Shown here one piece after another: positions 25,131-38,560 of a stretch of 64,000 bases of DNA. Source of the DNA: Octopus sinensis. Taxonomy: Eukaryota. Positions within the stretch are counted from its first letter, which is position 1; each line of letters begins with the position of its first letter. The DNA lies in the NCBI RefSeq assembly GCF_006345805.1, contig NC_043003.1, forward strand, positions 62,248,001-62,312,000, written 5' to 3'. The notes beneath the pieces were generated by a model. That model was not told where the DNA came from and ran no database searches. It worked only from the letters and a program-made list of their open reading frames with translations. The position numbers were made by a program, and so were the translations under genes.

Positions 25131-25794
25131 TAAAAAAAAATTGAGTTGGGTGTTTCGTTCTGTATTTTTGTTAATTTTGTAAGCATCCTTTTTGGTGCAG
25201 TTATAGAGAATATACAAAACATTATTTTTTTCATGTAAATTTCACTTCCACATAAAACTTCATGTGATGTAACATTACTAGCTATTTTACTTGTATGTTC
25301 CTAAAAAAATCTTGTATGTTTCTTAAAAACTCTATGTCCCAGCATGGCCTCAGAACTCGAGCTGAAACTAGTAAACAAAAAAAGTATAAATCATGTTTCA
25401 TCTGTCCTCAATGGTGGCATTGGTTGGAGAATTCCATAGGATCTAATGGGTCACAAGACTTGCATCAATGTTTCAGCTTTAGCATAATTTCTACTCCAAT
25501 CATTTTACAGAACGTAATAGGTGCATGAATTTTCATGGCACCAGCACTATAAATGTTGTATTGTTACAGGCAAGATTATAGTTCTCTCAAACCCTGTGTT
25601 GTTACAGCTCAATTTGATATACCAACCATTTACTAAATGTTTTAAGTACTTTTGTTATGGCACTAGCACATTATTGGTGGTGGGTTACTTTGTTGCTCAC
25701 AATGTGATTTAGAACCTCTATGAATGGGACAGATATATTTTGTCAGAAGACAGTAGAGAGGAGATTAACTGAGAAAACAGGATTGAGGATAATA

Positions 25795-25985
25795 ATCTTT
25801 TCTACTTTAGGCACAAGGCCCGAAATTTTGGGGGAGGAGACCAGTCAATTAGATCCACCCTAATATGCAAGTGGTACTTAATTTGTCAACACCGAAAAGA
25901 TGAAAGGCAAAGTCAACCCCAGTCAAATTTAAACTCAAAATGTAAAGACAGATTAAATACCACTAAGCATTTTGCCCTACCGCTT
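25795..25985 (-). mobile_element. SINE family B variant
   Basis: gaaaagatgaaaggcaaagtcaacc...cactaagcattttgcc. Confidence 0.8.
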
Positions 25986-26699
25986 AGAGGCAAGGGAGAG
26001 CAGAGGTGGGTGACAAAGTAGTGATTATGATGGAATGAAGTTATATTTTAAAGTACTAGTGGATAACATGTTTTGGCTTGGGTTCATCTTGATGCTGACC
26101 TATTTTATAGATGCAAATATACAATCATTCAGAGAAGTAAAAATATCTGATTTGAAAATTTTCAGATCTCAAGAATTTCAGATAAAGGATTGTTAATCTG
26201 TATTATATACTGAGCAGTTTCATGATAAATTCTGTGTCTTTTCAGGAATATTAAGATATGCCATGAAAAGCACATTCATGTCATTATTGATTTTATATTC
26301 CTGAGTCAGTTTAACATTTCTTTAATGTATTTTTTTTTTGGATTAATATTTTAGAGGTTTTCATATTAAAAAAAAAGTTGTTTCCTCACTCCTTTACTGT
26401 TATCCTGATTGTTTTGCATTCTTCCCACAGATATATACATATACATACACGTGCATGCATGCACACACACACACACAATATATATATGTATATTATATGT
26501 ATGTATATAATATGTGTGTAAATATGCGTATATAAATATATATACACTTACATACAGACATACATACATACGCCCATGAATTTGCAGCCACATTTCTGCC
26601 TCACTTAAATACAGCTGATGAAATATGCATATGTTATATGTATAAATATAACTAAACATGTCTTGAATAAAAGTAATATACATGTATCTATTTTGTATT

Positions 26700-27200
26700 G
26701 TATATTTGAGATTCTTTAATTTCCATTACATGTTTTACATAGACGTTGTCATAGCTCCTAACAATTTAATATATTTGAATTTCTTATTGAGCACTTGAAT
26801 AATAAATGCTTTGATTTTAGATGGTATAAGACTGTTTATTCCTTTGTTCATAAATTTTATGATATGCTGCTTATTTTAAATTATCTTCATTAAGTTCCAG
26901 CATTTATGCTGATTTCCGTCAATGTTTTATTGTGGGTTTCTTTTCTATTGTTGATAAAATTTTAGATAAGTTCCTAATTTCTGAGTTCAGATGTTTCTTC
27001 ACTTATTTTCGATCAACTAAATATTTTAGCATTGGACATAAAATAGATGTTTGTGTGTCTATCATCTTGATAAGCATTGATAGCTTTCCTGATATTTCCC
27101 ATATAATTCTTTGCAATTTTGCAGATTCTCTTTGTTTTCCTGCCATGTTAGTGCATACAGAATGGAAATATATAGACCACAGATTGTAAAAATCTGTGTA
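26700..27200 (-). mobile_element. Old Penelope-like RT remnant
   Basis: Reverse complement SEIRNLSKIL ~ SEIGxISKxIL, followed by a YPS-like motif; many stops. Confidence 0.35.
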
Positions 27201-27559
27201 GAGAGTATATTAGTGAATCAATTTCCAATATAGCCCTATCTTTACATTTTATTTATTATATTTTGTATTTTCACCAGTCTTCAGGTAAACATTTATGCAA
27301 CATTAACTATATCTTGGAGAATATTTACACAGCAACTATAACTATAACTATGTGTGGCAATGTTGTATAGCTAAAGGAAGATAATCTATAAATGTTTACA
27401 GTATTACAGTAGTCTGTGAGTGATTTTGTTTTTTTAATCAAATTAAATTAAAATTAATATTAGTGTCTATTCAGCACTGATTTGAATTACTCAATAAATT
27501 TCTTTACTTTCACTCTTCAAACTTCACTTGCATCATAAAGCCTATAAAATGGAAATAAT

Positions 27560-27770
27560 TATTTCAAATTTTGATAGAAGGCCAGCATTCTTGGGGAAGG
27601 AGGTAAATTGATTACATTGACCCCAGTTTCTGGCTGGTACTTTATCAACACCAAATGGTTGAAAGGTAAAGAACACCTTGGAAATGTTTGATCTTATATC
27701 ACAAGGACAGATGAAATGTCACTAAGTATTTTGCTTGGAGTGCTAATGATTCTGCCAGCTCTCCACCTTA
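27560..27770 (-). mobile_element. SINE family B
   Basis: tgctaatgattctgccagctctccacctt head and ttcaaattttg tail, as at 5534. Confidence 0.8.
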
Positions 27771-27919
27771 ATAAATGTCATGGAAATATTAAGAAAATGT
27801 TTATTGCAGCATGTTATTTCAAATGTCTACTTCATGGAATCTGTCTGACATTCAGGTCACTAATTTCTTCCTGGCTATATGTGCATGTGTTCTGATAATG
27901 ACTTTCCAATCTGGCCAAT

Positions 27920-28170
27920 ATATCATCACCTTCATCAGTATTTGACATCCCTTTATCCATGCTGGCATGGATTTGATGATTTGATGAAAACAGATGAGCA
28001 AGAGGATACTGCTAAGTTCTATGTCTACTTTGGCATGGTTTCTACAGTTGGATGTCCTACCTACAAATCACCCAGTACACTTAAAAAAGTGTACTGGACG
28101 ATTTTTATGTGTTACCTGCACCAATGAGGTTGCCAAGTACTTACAAGATAAGACTCCTCAACTGAGCAGG
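27920..28170 (-). mobile_element. Old RTE 3'-tail fragment
   Basis: catcaccttcatcag...ccatgctggcatgg...ggtttctacagttggatgtcc. Confidence 0.65.
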
Positions 28171-28809
28171 GTATAGACTGCAGGAATAAGAAACTATGAT
28201 ATAAGAAGAGGAGTAGGTGTGATGCTGAGGTGGTGAATACATAGCTTGCTCATCTAGAAAGTGAGAGAGAGAATGAGTGAGGGAAAGAAAGTTGTGAGGT
28301 CCAGGTGCAAAGTGAATATAAGACAGAATAGGATGGAAGAGTGAAAAGGGTGAATGTATAAGTTAGTGAACTGAGCAAAAGTAATGTGACATAATGAGTG
28401 ACAAGGAATGAGTTTTATATTTCTTCATAAAAATTTGAACATTTGATAAAGTGAATCAGTTTTTATTGTTGTTCTTTGGATCAAATATTGTCTTTGGTAA
28501 CAAGTTTTTTTTAGTTCTTTTTGTTGTTATTTGCTTTGAGCAAGCATTCGGTTTGTAATTTAATCCTTTAAGTCATTGATTTGTCTGATAACAGGTGATT
28601 TTGATTTGCTAACATTAAAAAATATTCTGATTATGTGGATTATGTGCCATTCTTCATCCAGAAATAAACCTAAATTGTTTTCTCATGTAGATAAAGGATA
28701 AACAATATACTTGATACCCAGAATAGGAGAGAGAACATGGTGAAACAAAGTAAAACACAATGACCAAAACAAATAGTCCAACAAGAAGAAATCAAGAACA
28801 ACAGAAATA

Positions 28810-30960
28810 CTAAACATTGAAGAATTCATCTTTTATTGTTGGAATAACAAACTCTAAGGAAAGAAAGAAACTTGAAAGTAAAAGTTCAAAAGTAATTGAA
28901 GAAATAGACATTAACATTATTAATCCATCAAAAGGAATTTGGATAATGATGAGCTTTTGGCAAAAAAAAACATAACTAAAATTTATACCCACATCAACAG
29001 TCGACCATCAAGAACTTGAGAAAATTCCATAATTCAATTAAAAATTTTGATTGGTTGAATTTTTTTATTGATAAAGATAGTGAGGATGATGTATATCTGA
29101 TAAGAAACAAATGAAAATCCCCCCACCCAAACTAAAAAGATCAAATACTCATTGAGACAAGTATATTGGTATACTTTCCAAATTCTCTCTTGAACAGAAT
29201 ATTAATGTCTGATAAAATATTATAAAATCAGAAAAACAATGAACCAATGTCCTCAAAGAAGCAGATAAACTTGGTGATATCATAATAAATGCTAAATATT
29301 ATTGGGATTTAGTTGAAGAGTATTTAAATGATACAACCTTTTACTTTGAAGTATCTTAGAATATAGATGGTGGAATTAGGATTTCAAAACATCATACATC
29401 TGGTTTCAAGGCATCATAATTCCCTTACCTATAATGAAATTCCTTGCCTTAAGAATTTTTAACCAAAATCTATCAACCATTATGGCCTGTTGAAAAGACT
29501 TCAGGAAATTCAAAATGCAGTAAAAGAACAAAGTGGTGAGTATGTAAAATTGTTTCAATCAAAAGATGTACAACTTAAACTCATCATGGTTGATCTAGTA
29601 TGTCCTATTGTTTTAAAGCTACCATATACCTACATATTGAGTTTCATGCCAAATTACATGGATTTCTTGCATCATCTACCCCAAACAAAAGAACCAAATT
29701 TGTTGTTGGTTAATTTTGATGTAAAAAGCCTTAACACAAATATTCTATGTGACCTTACAGGGTGATTCCCATAGGTATATCATAGACTTTGTTAGATGTT
29801 CAGTCTTATTCTTGAGAATAATATATTCTTTTTCAATGGAGAAACCTACCAACAAATCAGAAATAAAATCTTGGAGCAAAATTTGCTCCAGTATACGCAT
29901 ACTCAGTAATGTGATACTTGGAATGAAAACTGTATCAAAGTAGATGAAAACTACAAGACAAATTTTAGAAGATGCAAAGAGGACTCATAGAAAAGATTCC
30001 TTGACCACAGTTTTCTAATTTAAACAAAATCTGTTGGTAGGCTAAAATTTTAGCCTCCTTCTGAAAAATTTACACCAAGCTCTTAACTTTACAAAGGAGG
30101 TGAGCAGCACAAAATTGCAATTCTTGACTTAATGTTTTTTAAAAATAATACTAGCACCACAACAAATATACATTATAAAGACACAACCACGTACCAATAC
30201 TTTAAATCCAACACACATATAAAACCTAGCATTTCATTCTAATCAGAAAAAAGTTTGTACTGTTGAGAAACACAAAAGAATTCAGAACAACTTAAATAAA
30301 AATATCCTCCTAACATATTGTGTAGAATATGCAGAGCAGATGTCTAAGCAACCCAAGGAAGAAGAACACAAGACAAGTACATCGTAGCTTTTGTAGAAAC
30401 AAAATCCAACTAATCAGAATATATTTAATATTTCCTAATCACACCTGCCTCTTAGCAGACAAATTAATGAATTAAAAAATTTAATTACCTATCTAATGCT
30501 TGTGTGAAGCAAACAACTGTAAAATATGAAACACCTTCTGATAAAGGCAGAGTTTAATCTAAACAACTATGATAAAATTTCACAGCAACTAAATGCAACA
30601 GTAATCATTATGGTACATACTATTTTATACATGCTGGTCATTATAACAATGCAGGGTTGGAAAAATAAATATTCATGAATAGAAATATGTACTGTAAAAG
30701 CAGAAATTTGATTTATTGCATCAAATGCCCAAATTATGAAAAAATATATACTATCCAGACTGGAAATTCATTATCTGAACACATACAAATACACTAGTAG
30801 TAAATTAGGGATCTGAAGCGCATTAAGTAGATACTAGAAATCATGCTACAATAAGCATTTTTTTATATTTCCATTTTATAAATTTTATGACTCAATTTAA
30901 GTTAAAAGAAGAACAAAAGTAAAGAGTTTTATTGAGTAATTCAAACCAGTTCTGAATGAA
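28810..30960 (+). mobile_element. Decayed Penelope-like retroelement (RT plus C-terminal GIY-YIG endonuclease)
   Basis: LKEADKLG, YLNDTTFY, HYGLLK, DFLHHLP..LLVNFDVKSLNTNI, ILENNIFFFNGETYQQI, GAKFAPVYA, KRFLDHSF, IHYKDT, CKSRNLIYCIKCPN..IQTGNSLSEH, in the expected order. Confidence 0.88.
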
Positions 30961-31156
30961 CAATAATATTTAATTCTTTCAAAATAATATTCCCTCAAAA
31001 CTATTGTAATACTGTAAGCATTTTATAGGTTATTTCACTTTAAGTATGCAACAATGCCATCTAGTAATTTATAACTAGTTACTCTTCATATTTATATGTA
31101 ATTACAATATATATATTCATTTAGATTTGGCTATTGTTGCTATGCAAAATATTCAC

Positions 31157-31789
31157 TATAAAGACAACTTCTGAAAGGAAGGATTCAAAAGCAGTTTACT
31201 ATGAAGGATGCTGTTTATGCAGTTTCCACTGCATACGGCCTAGTAACTAAAGACATCTTTGTACATGTCTGTCACAACCTCTTGTCTGCAACTATGGTCA
31301 GTAATGATGATGGGCCAAGGCATGGGTTTGAAAGATACTCACACAGCTTGGGCAGTTCTGACACATATTACATGAAATAAGAGATGCTGTCAGATTTTAG
31401 ACACAAAAATGTATACCAGCCAACTTGAACAGTAAACTTGTAGAAGTGGATAGTGAAGAAAATGGTACATCAATAATGATCTTCCATTTGTGTATTTCAT
31501 GACTGATAGTAAGATAGCTTAAATGGGTCTTAATGAAAATAATCTAAATGATAATGAAAATACAATTGTTAACACAGAAAAAGTATTTATAGATAACATG
31601 GTGAAAGTGGGTGATTAACTTATCAAAGAATGAAGCAACATATATTTATCACAGAACAAGAAATCATTGTAGTGTGACTACTCCAACAAAATAAGAGACA
31701 TTGCTCCAACAAAAACACATGCTAATAAAGTAGATACCAATTGAGGGACTATTAAAAAAAAATTGAGTTGGGTGTTTCGTTCTGCATTT
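31157..31789 (+). repeat. Near-identical copy of 24558-25168 (3' part of the Tigger remnant)
   Basis: Colinear from tataaagacaactt to gggtgtttcgttctg; few substitutions and one ~23-bp indel between ctccaacaaaa repeats. Confidence 0.95.
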
Positions 31790-34242
31790 GTAACTATAAT
31801 TATTTTGCCACACATTTACTTGAAGATTGTTTTCAAAATATAAAATATAAATATAAATGTAAAAATCAAGCTATATTAGATTCATTGATTGGGGTTTCTT
31901 GATCAAAATCTGCACATATTTGGAGATATTGTTCACCTGGATCTGCATATTTCCCCATGATTCACTTTGGTGTTGATTTCTCTGAGTAGATGCACTTCTT
32001 ACTACAATTTTACAGAGCATTTTTATGATATACTAATGCTAAAGAAGTTGGTATATCCCCAACAAAACTAAAAGATCATCCCAAGCTCACATTTTCCAGA
32101 GTGTAGAGAGTGTATTTTTTTCAAAGTTCAGTTCTAAGTAAAAATTTCCTTGACAGGACATAACAGTCCCTTAACTCTATGACTTTGTTTACTTGCCAAC
32201 TACTTTACAGAGTGAGAGGCAGGAGTATTAAAAGCATGAATTTTAGAGATGAATGATAAGTAATTAGAGTAGTGTATGAAAGAGTGGGTAGTATGTGATA
32301 GGAATATTTTTATATTCTGAGATTCTGAGATACACACATACATTTGGGGTAATCTGTCCAAACAGTTAGAGTAGTGACAAAAGGTAATGTAGTCCAGGAA
32401 ATAATGTGAGGACAGAAGGAGAGCTGGGATGTGTGGGTAAAAAGGAGAAAGGGCATGATGGAATGAATAGGATTATGACTAGCAGTACCAGAGGATGAAG
32501 GTAAATTATATTGGTTACGATAGGGCCAATATGCTCAGTTATATACAGACCTTGATACAAGTGGAAAAGTATATACTTCTATATGCATGTATATATGCAT
32601 GTGTGTGTGTGTGTTAATTGATGGGAGGCTGAGTCATTATTAATCTTTTAAATTCATTCATTATGACTTATGAACATATCTTGATATATGAGGACTTGTA
32701 TTTAATTTCTAACATTTTTTAAAAAAACTTTTAGCAATTTGGTTTTATTTAGTCTGTATTTTAACTTTTATGTGTTAATGTTGTAAATTTGACAGTTTTG
32801 TAGTATTGTTAGTTACTGTTGGCTACATTTTGTGGTCTATTGTGCCCTGGCTCCAATCAATGAGCTAAACAGCTGTCAAAATCTATTCAATCATGATTAT
32901 TTTTCTCATTGTCTGTCAGCACTAAGAACTCTGGTGAGTGAGTGCATTTTCTGCAGAATGAAGCATCTTATACTATAACAGTCTCTGAAAACTTATGATA
33001 TTCATTGTCATTGTCATTCTGAATAAAAATTACTTCTGTTATTATTTCTGCTATAGAAGTTAAAAAATTCTCAGACAATCTGACATATATTTTTATGAAC
33101 TTTTTACTTATTATTATTTTTATTTTATATATTACAACAGCTCCTCAGATACATACAATTAAAACTATTGATTTCATTCAAAATAAGAGATAGTATTTAA
33201 GAGAAGGTTACTCTTTAGGTAGTTCCTAATGTAATTGATTTTAAAAGATTGTTTAATATTTTCATTTTGTGTCTACAATTCTGGCATTACCCAAGTTATC
33301 AAAATACCAAATACCCTTCTTTTTAAAATCCATTCTTTTGTATCTCCTTTTTTGTGGCAGCATTTGAACATATATCTAGGCACACAACCAAGTTATAATT
33401 TTGAAAGCATCATACAAATTTTGTTCATGTATTCACAATTTCTTTGGTTATTCTAATACAGAAGCTGTTGGTACACATGAAAAAAAATTTTATTCTTTTT
33501 TTTGTTTATATAAAAAAAAAGAAAGAAATAATCTATCAGAACTCCTTCCAGAAAAAGTTATAAGCATCTTATGAAAAATAAGGCCAATAAAAGCTATCTT
33601 CCAGAAGAAAAATTCAGATTCATTATACAATCTTAATGTTAGAAAGATTCTTGTTTCTCATCAATAAACATCCATCATTTACAATGTGCTTCCTATAAAA
33701 TTAGCACCCTTCTTACGTGATCACAGCCAGGACCAAAACTCTACCAGGTTATTATTTTGTTTCCACATGGCTATTTGCAACAGTCTATTTTAAGACATTT
33801 TCCCAATATGGCCTGATATAGTTTGAAGTGAGAAACATTAATCTTATTTTCTCATGTGCCCTTTCTAAATAAAAGTATTGCTTTTTTTCTATCTAATATC
33901 AGAAAAGAAGTAAGGTAAAAGATGTATATATAAACTCTATTCAACTTAGGAATATCTACAGTTTAGAAAGTATTGCATTAATCTGCATAACAGAAGGTTT
34001 GAAATTTTGGCTTGTCATTTGAATATTTGAATTCTTCTATTATTTTAAAATGTAAATTCTTAAATATATCATGTCAGCCACTAAACCAGATTTGATATAA
34101 AAATTTTCCTTAATAGAAAATGTATCTCAAATTGAATACTTAACACTATTGTATATAAATACTATTTAATAGTTGAAATCATGTGAATGAAACAAACAAT
34201 TATTTGACTTTGTTTTAATGGAGATAGAATAGTGGATTGACA

Positions 34243-34468
34243 TGAGCTGGCAGAAGCATTAGCATGCCGGGTGAAATGCTTAGCAGTATTTCGTCTGCCA
34301 TTACGTTCTGAGTTCAAATTCCGCTGAGGTCGACTTAGCCTTTCATCCTTTCGGAGTCAATAAATTGAGTACCTGTTACACACTGGGGTTGATGTAATCG
34401 ACTTAATCTCTTTGTCTGTCCTTGTTTGTCCCCTCTATGTTTAGCCCCTTGTAGGCAATAAAGAAATA
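34243..34468 (+). mobile_element. SINE family B with 17-bp TSD, nested in an older related SINE
   Basis: TSD agaatagtggattgaca at 34226-34242 and 34469-34485; the flank continues as a diverged family B head (ttctgcattcaaac..cctttcat). Confidence 0.92.
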
Positions 34469-35679
34469 AGAATAGTGGATTGACAGCCTTATTAGAGTGT
34501 TGGACAAAATATATTTTTGTATTTAGTCATGGTTCTTTATATTCTGCATTCAAACTTCTCCAAGTTGAACTATCCTTTCATAAGGCTTGGTTCAATATAA
34601 TTAACTGTTCCCTTTTGGCAAATTTCTGAATGAAATAGATTCCAAATACTTTTTTAAATTATTTGGTTAAAAATAAATGGTCAGTGACCATGCTGATGAC
34701 ATTCATGTACATCAGTGTTTTGCTAGTGACATTGATGTACAGCTTAAATTTCTAAAGCTTCATACCTAGAGAAAAAAATTGTTGTAGCTATGGAGAGTAA
34801 ATGTTTATAAAGTTTGGTAGTTCAAAATAGTAGCAGCAGTTGTAATAGCATTGGAAAGAAACAAAAAACAAAGGCATAGTACATCTGTGAGGTAGTGCTT
34901 GTTGTATGTTAGTGAGTGAAGATTAAGCACTCAGATGGCTTCTTTTAATGCAATTCAGACTGTGTTTGGGTGCTATTTTTTGGTCCAAATTTTCATAATG
35001 CTTTTGAATAAATTAATATTCATAATAATATCTGTATATATTTAGCCTTGCTGTGAAGTTAGGTTTCATGAAAAATATTTTTCAGCAGCTTTGAGTGGGA
35101 TCAGAACTGATTGATTTCATTGTTCTTTATCAACTTATCAGGATCCATTTACTCTCCTTACCAAGATGCAGAGCAATTGTTACATAAGACAAGTTAAAAT
35201 TTAGATAAGTTTGCACCTAGTTCTCAGCTCATTTATAGATTAGCCCTAGGTTGATAGGCTGACAATAATCACTAGAATACCAGTATGACATGAACTATGT
35301 ATAAATACATAAATAAAGAATACATGGTGTTACATTTTGATATGAAATTAAGCCATATTAGATATTCTTTGTAAGAAGTGGTGAGCAAATTCTGGTGAGT
35401 TGTTAAGTAACAATGAAACCAATCCTCATGCCAAACTATTTAAAAGGCTCTCTTGGTACCAATCTTCATCATCATCCTCATCTTGTTGAACTTGCTCAGA
35501 CAGATTTAACTGTGTACTTATTGTACTGTAAAAGTACTCTAGAAATAACCCCATGAAGTATGTTCACAATTTCATATCTTTAAAAGGGGACCATATCTGG
35601 CATTAAGAAACCAAGTTGAGTGTGAATTAAAGCTTATATCATTTTTCTAGCAGTGTGTGACTAGTTACTGCTCATACTG

Positions 35680-38560
35680 TTGCGTTTCTTTTTGTTGTTA
35701 TTTAAACTGAAGACTGGTAAAAAAGATGTAAGATAGTTATAGCCTCATATGCAGACAATTTAGCTAATAGGTTATTCTGCTGTCAAACATGGTTAAAGAC
35801 TTTGATCACAGAATGAACATTACTTTCAGCAAAGTGTTCAGGGATAAGAGACAGGTGAGCGAGTCTCCATTAGAACTGGCTCTATGGAATTGATAATGGT
35901 GATTGCTGAAAAGTGAGATAGTTTCAAAGTAATAATGAAAGTGACTGTTTACTACTGTTTCATCGCTTTTGATATTCTGTAAGTGAGGGCAATAAAATAA
36001 TAATTAGCAGCATTAGTGTAGCAGAGAAGTTGCTTTCTTGGGAATGAGACACGGTGCAGCATGTTTGTGTAGATTGAAATATGTCCCTTGTGAGAGAAGG
36101 AGATTGACTGAAAGATTTGATTGTAAGACTGGAGTAAGAAGGAGAATTGGGGAGGAGTTTTGTTGTATGAGCAGTGTGAACTGAAAGTATAAATGGCAGA
36201 TTTAAATTTGTGAGAGTGCACGTACAGAACCACCCTAGCTGAATACTGGCTAAAGAAAAGTTCTGCAAAATTTATAGAGATTCTCTTGGTAATATGTGGA
36301 TAGAGACCAGAAAGTTGTCAAAAATTTGAAAGTATCTTTTGTTTCCTTGATGTTTGTTTTGCAGTTATTATACATATCCCACCAATTAGATTGTGTAATT
36401 TGCTCAAGGTGCAGTGGATTGTATTCTTCATGTGGATAGTCAAAGTGCAACTACGAGTGAACAATCTGAGAATTTTGGAATTTGCAAGAGATTTTTGAGA
36501 GATGTAGAGTTATATAAAAAGGTGCATTCCAGAAATTTAGAAACTTTTTGTGGGTAGACATTTATTAATTGAAAGAAAGAGAGACAAGGCAATTATCTCC
36601 TTCTAAGTAGGATCCTTTGACTTCAATGCACTCATAACACTTCTGCCACTTTGTGAAGGCCCCATGAAGTCCTCCAAAGTGAAGGAGTCCAGGACCCTTG
36701 TCACTGCCTTCTTCATCTCAATGTCTTCAAAATTACTGTCCTTGAGATTCTTTTCAGCTTGGAAAACAACCAAAAGACACAGGAAGCAAGGTATAGACTG
36801 CAGTGAGGGTGAGGAACAGATTTGATGTCCATTTCTGCCAAGTAATTGGTTACCATGATTAAATTGTTGACTGGAGCATTGTCCAGATACAGGTGCCACT
36901 GATACAAGTGGAAGAGCTTTATCCTTTTGCATCAAAATCTCTTCCTAAACTCTCTTAAAACCACCACAAAGTACTCTTTATTGACTGTCTAGCCCAAGGC
37001 AACCCAGTGGGTGTATATGATGCCCTTACTGCCACAAAAGGGGGCCATCATGACGTCCCTGACACATTTGCTTTGCCCAGCCTTCTTGGGTCTGGGGGAT
37101 CCAGGATGTTTCATTTGGTCACTCTGTTGTTTAGTCTCTGGATTATATAAATAAATCTAACATTCATCACAGGCCCTCAGAGACTCAAGTACTCATGAAT
37201 TGGGGGTGATGAGCTCAACCATGTCCCTACAGTCACCGATGTTTCTTTCCTTCCATTCATCACTGAGCAGCCTGGAAACAAACTTTGCACAAATTTTTGC
37301 ACATGTTCAGATCTTTATGAGTAATTTTGTGTACAGTTGTTCACTCCAACTCCAAACTGTATGCTTATTGTCTACATTGTGGTCTTCATTTAGAAAATTG
37401 TAAATTTTCTCAACTAGCTCTGATGTCCCTCTCCCTCCCACATCTTTCATAATTTTTCACCTCCTCTCTACCACCCTTCAACTACCCATGCCATTGAAAA
37501 ACATCTGCTCAGCTTACAAAGATAATCCATAAACTGTCTGGAGTATTTCATAACTTTCTGGAGCATTTTGCTCAATTTAACTCAAAACTTTATTGCATAG
37601 TAAATTTCCCTACTGCCAGCTGAAAACTAATCAGCCCATGACAAGCAATGTTTAGTAGGGTTTGTTCAAAGTGTTGTTACAGCTGTCTTCTTCGATCTTG
37701 AATAACAAAAGTAGGCAGGTCAGCTTATTACATATGTTGTAATAATGTACTAAAATTACAATAATCCAGGTCAGTTATAAGTACCTCTCCTAAAACGTCT
37801 CAAAAGTTTTGAAATACACCTTGCACTTAGGAGCATGGTATCAGATGGATCAAAGATAAAGCATTTGTGATTCTGATGACATTTATTATAAAATAGGTGG
37901 AGAAACTCTGACTGGTGATCTAATTAAAAAATTTAGAAGAGGTAAGATGTGTTAGTGCATGACTGGAGGACTTTGGAGGAGGATGCTTTGATTTGGTAGT
38001 GATCAGATTATCTATTTTTGGAAAAAAAGTTAACTTGGAGAAATGAATAAAAATTGGCCAGAGAATTTTTACATTGGTTTTGGATGTGGTTAACCAGTGC
38101 AGACAGTTCAAGAAGACAACTGATTAAATTCTTCCATTAGCAACAACTGTGTTGAGGAATTAATGCATGACAAAGATGAAATGTGTGCACTGACCAAGGG
38201 TTATGATTTCAAAGAGAAGCAACTTGTAATAGATTTCTGCTTTGAGCAACAGCTAATTGTTAGAGGAATTTGGAAATAGAGATAACATGTTAAGTCAGAA
38301 AAATAGGGAGAAGAAACATTGAATCTGTGTAACTGCAAGTATTTGCTGCTTAGGTTCATCTGAGAGATTTTGATGAGTAGTTGAGAGTTGATTCTACATA
38401 AGGACAGATATTGCTTTCCATTAACTGCTGTGTTGTTTCTTTTGAGTAGCCTATATGGAAATCGGTAGTTTTGGTTGAGTTTGTGAAAATGGTATGCTCA
38501 TCAGGAATAATGAGTTGGAGGAGAAGGGGATACAGCATTATGTGTCAGCTAGTAGGACAG
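35680..38560 (-). mobile_element. Ancient CR1/L2-like LINE ORF2 remnant interrupted by a mariner
   Basis: Reverse complement LLAKLSAY (~35760), HKGHISIYTN ~ PKKGDxSxxxN (~36090), APE-like ICPYV (~38400). Confidence 0.45.
36517..37824 (-). mobile_element. Decayed full-length mariner (DD34D), about 1.3 kb
   Basis: WHLYLDNAPVNN...VPHPHCSLYLASCVFWLFSKLK ~ HQDNAPxH...HPPYSPDLAPCDFWLFPKLK with 34-residue spacing; imperfect TIRs aaggtgcattcc / gaaatacacctt. Confidence 0.88.
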
